DNA of 64,000 nucleotides from a bacterium (GTDB lineage Bacteria; DRYD01). Of this stretch, positions 63,622-64,000 are shown piece by piece; the stretch's first letter is position 1; the number at the start of each line of letters is the position of its first letter. The stretch is taken from NCBI GenBank assembly GCA_039630415.1, contig JBCNVB010000018.1, positions 35,233 to 99,232 of the forward strand, read 5' to 3'. Made by a program: the position numbers and the translations under genes. The notes beneath the pieces are model-generated. The model did not search any database. It was not told the origin of the DNA and was given only the letters and a program-made list of their open reading frames with translations.

Positions 63622-64000
63622 TCACGAAGCTTTTCCAAAATACGTAATTAACTTTATAATCTTCACTATACTCCATTAAGAATTGCTTTATTTTGTTAGG
63701 TAGCATTTCGTAAACTATTCTGCTATAGAAATTTATTCCCAATTTTTGTAAGATTTCCTGGTTTAGATACTTATAATAGAATTTTTTGAGATTTTGTACA
63801 GATTCTATTTTGTTCTGTATTCTCTTATCAGTAGGTAAGGGATGCAGATGAATAGTAATAGCCCTGGGGTTAAAGATTATAGGTATACCCAGTTTATTAA
63901 ACCTATATCCCAGTTCTAGATCTTCATATCCATAGCTAACAAAATTAGCATCAAACATTCCTGCCTTTATGAAGGTTTCCCTTTTACAAGATAAATTACC
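63599..64000 (-). CDS. Glycosyltransferase family 2, partial (start beyond window)
   Basis: Frame open to the window edge: GNLSCKRETFIKAGMFDANFVSYGYEDLELGYR. Confidence 0.82.
   Translation of the reverse strand, partial: GNLSCKRETFIKAGMFDANFVSYGYEDLELGYRFNKLGIPIIFNPRAITIHLHPLPTDKRIQNKIESVQNLKKFYYKYLNQEILQKLGINFYSRIVYEMLPNKIKQFLMEYSEDYKVNYVFWKSFVNEISKNN

Overview
AT-rich (roughly 30% GC by eye), very compact bacterial chromosome segment with about 65 CDS and 4 tRNAs. No CRISPR array, rRNA, integrase or transposase was seen. Most genes are housekeeping, but gene order is heavily shuffled: atpD, pheT, dnaA, rbfA, ftsW, murF and accA all sit apart from their usual operons. The ClpC start 'MW..FTERA', archease, an ArcE-type enzyme and a GT9 suggest a deep-branching, possibly thermophilic diderm lineage; this is inference only. 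The left end carries a persulfide/sulfur-trafficking operon (rhodanese-MBL, TusA, DsrE2, YeiH, CsoR/CstR-type repressor, two YeeE) whose leader holds seven tandem G-tracts. It is followed by an ArcE/cDPGS-like P-loop enzyme and a degenerate-GGDEF histidine kinase. The most unusual region is 50001-57551: a tandem array of ten paralogous, uncharacterised 2-TM proteins from two families (A and B). They are built as A/B pairs joined by a conserved 28-nt dual-coding overlap, and show a hypervariable loop, a frameshifted copy and several recombination scars. Also seen: tRNAs directly abutting or overlapping CDSs with SD-less leaders, sharp G-to-C skew flips centred on tRNAs, and several catalytically degenerate proteins (BCCP without Lys, PolX, KhpA).
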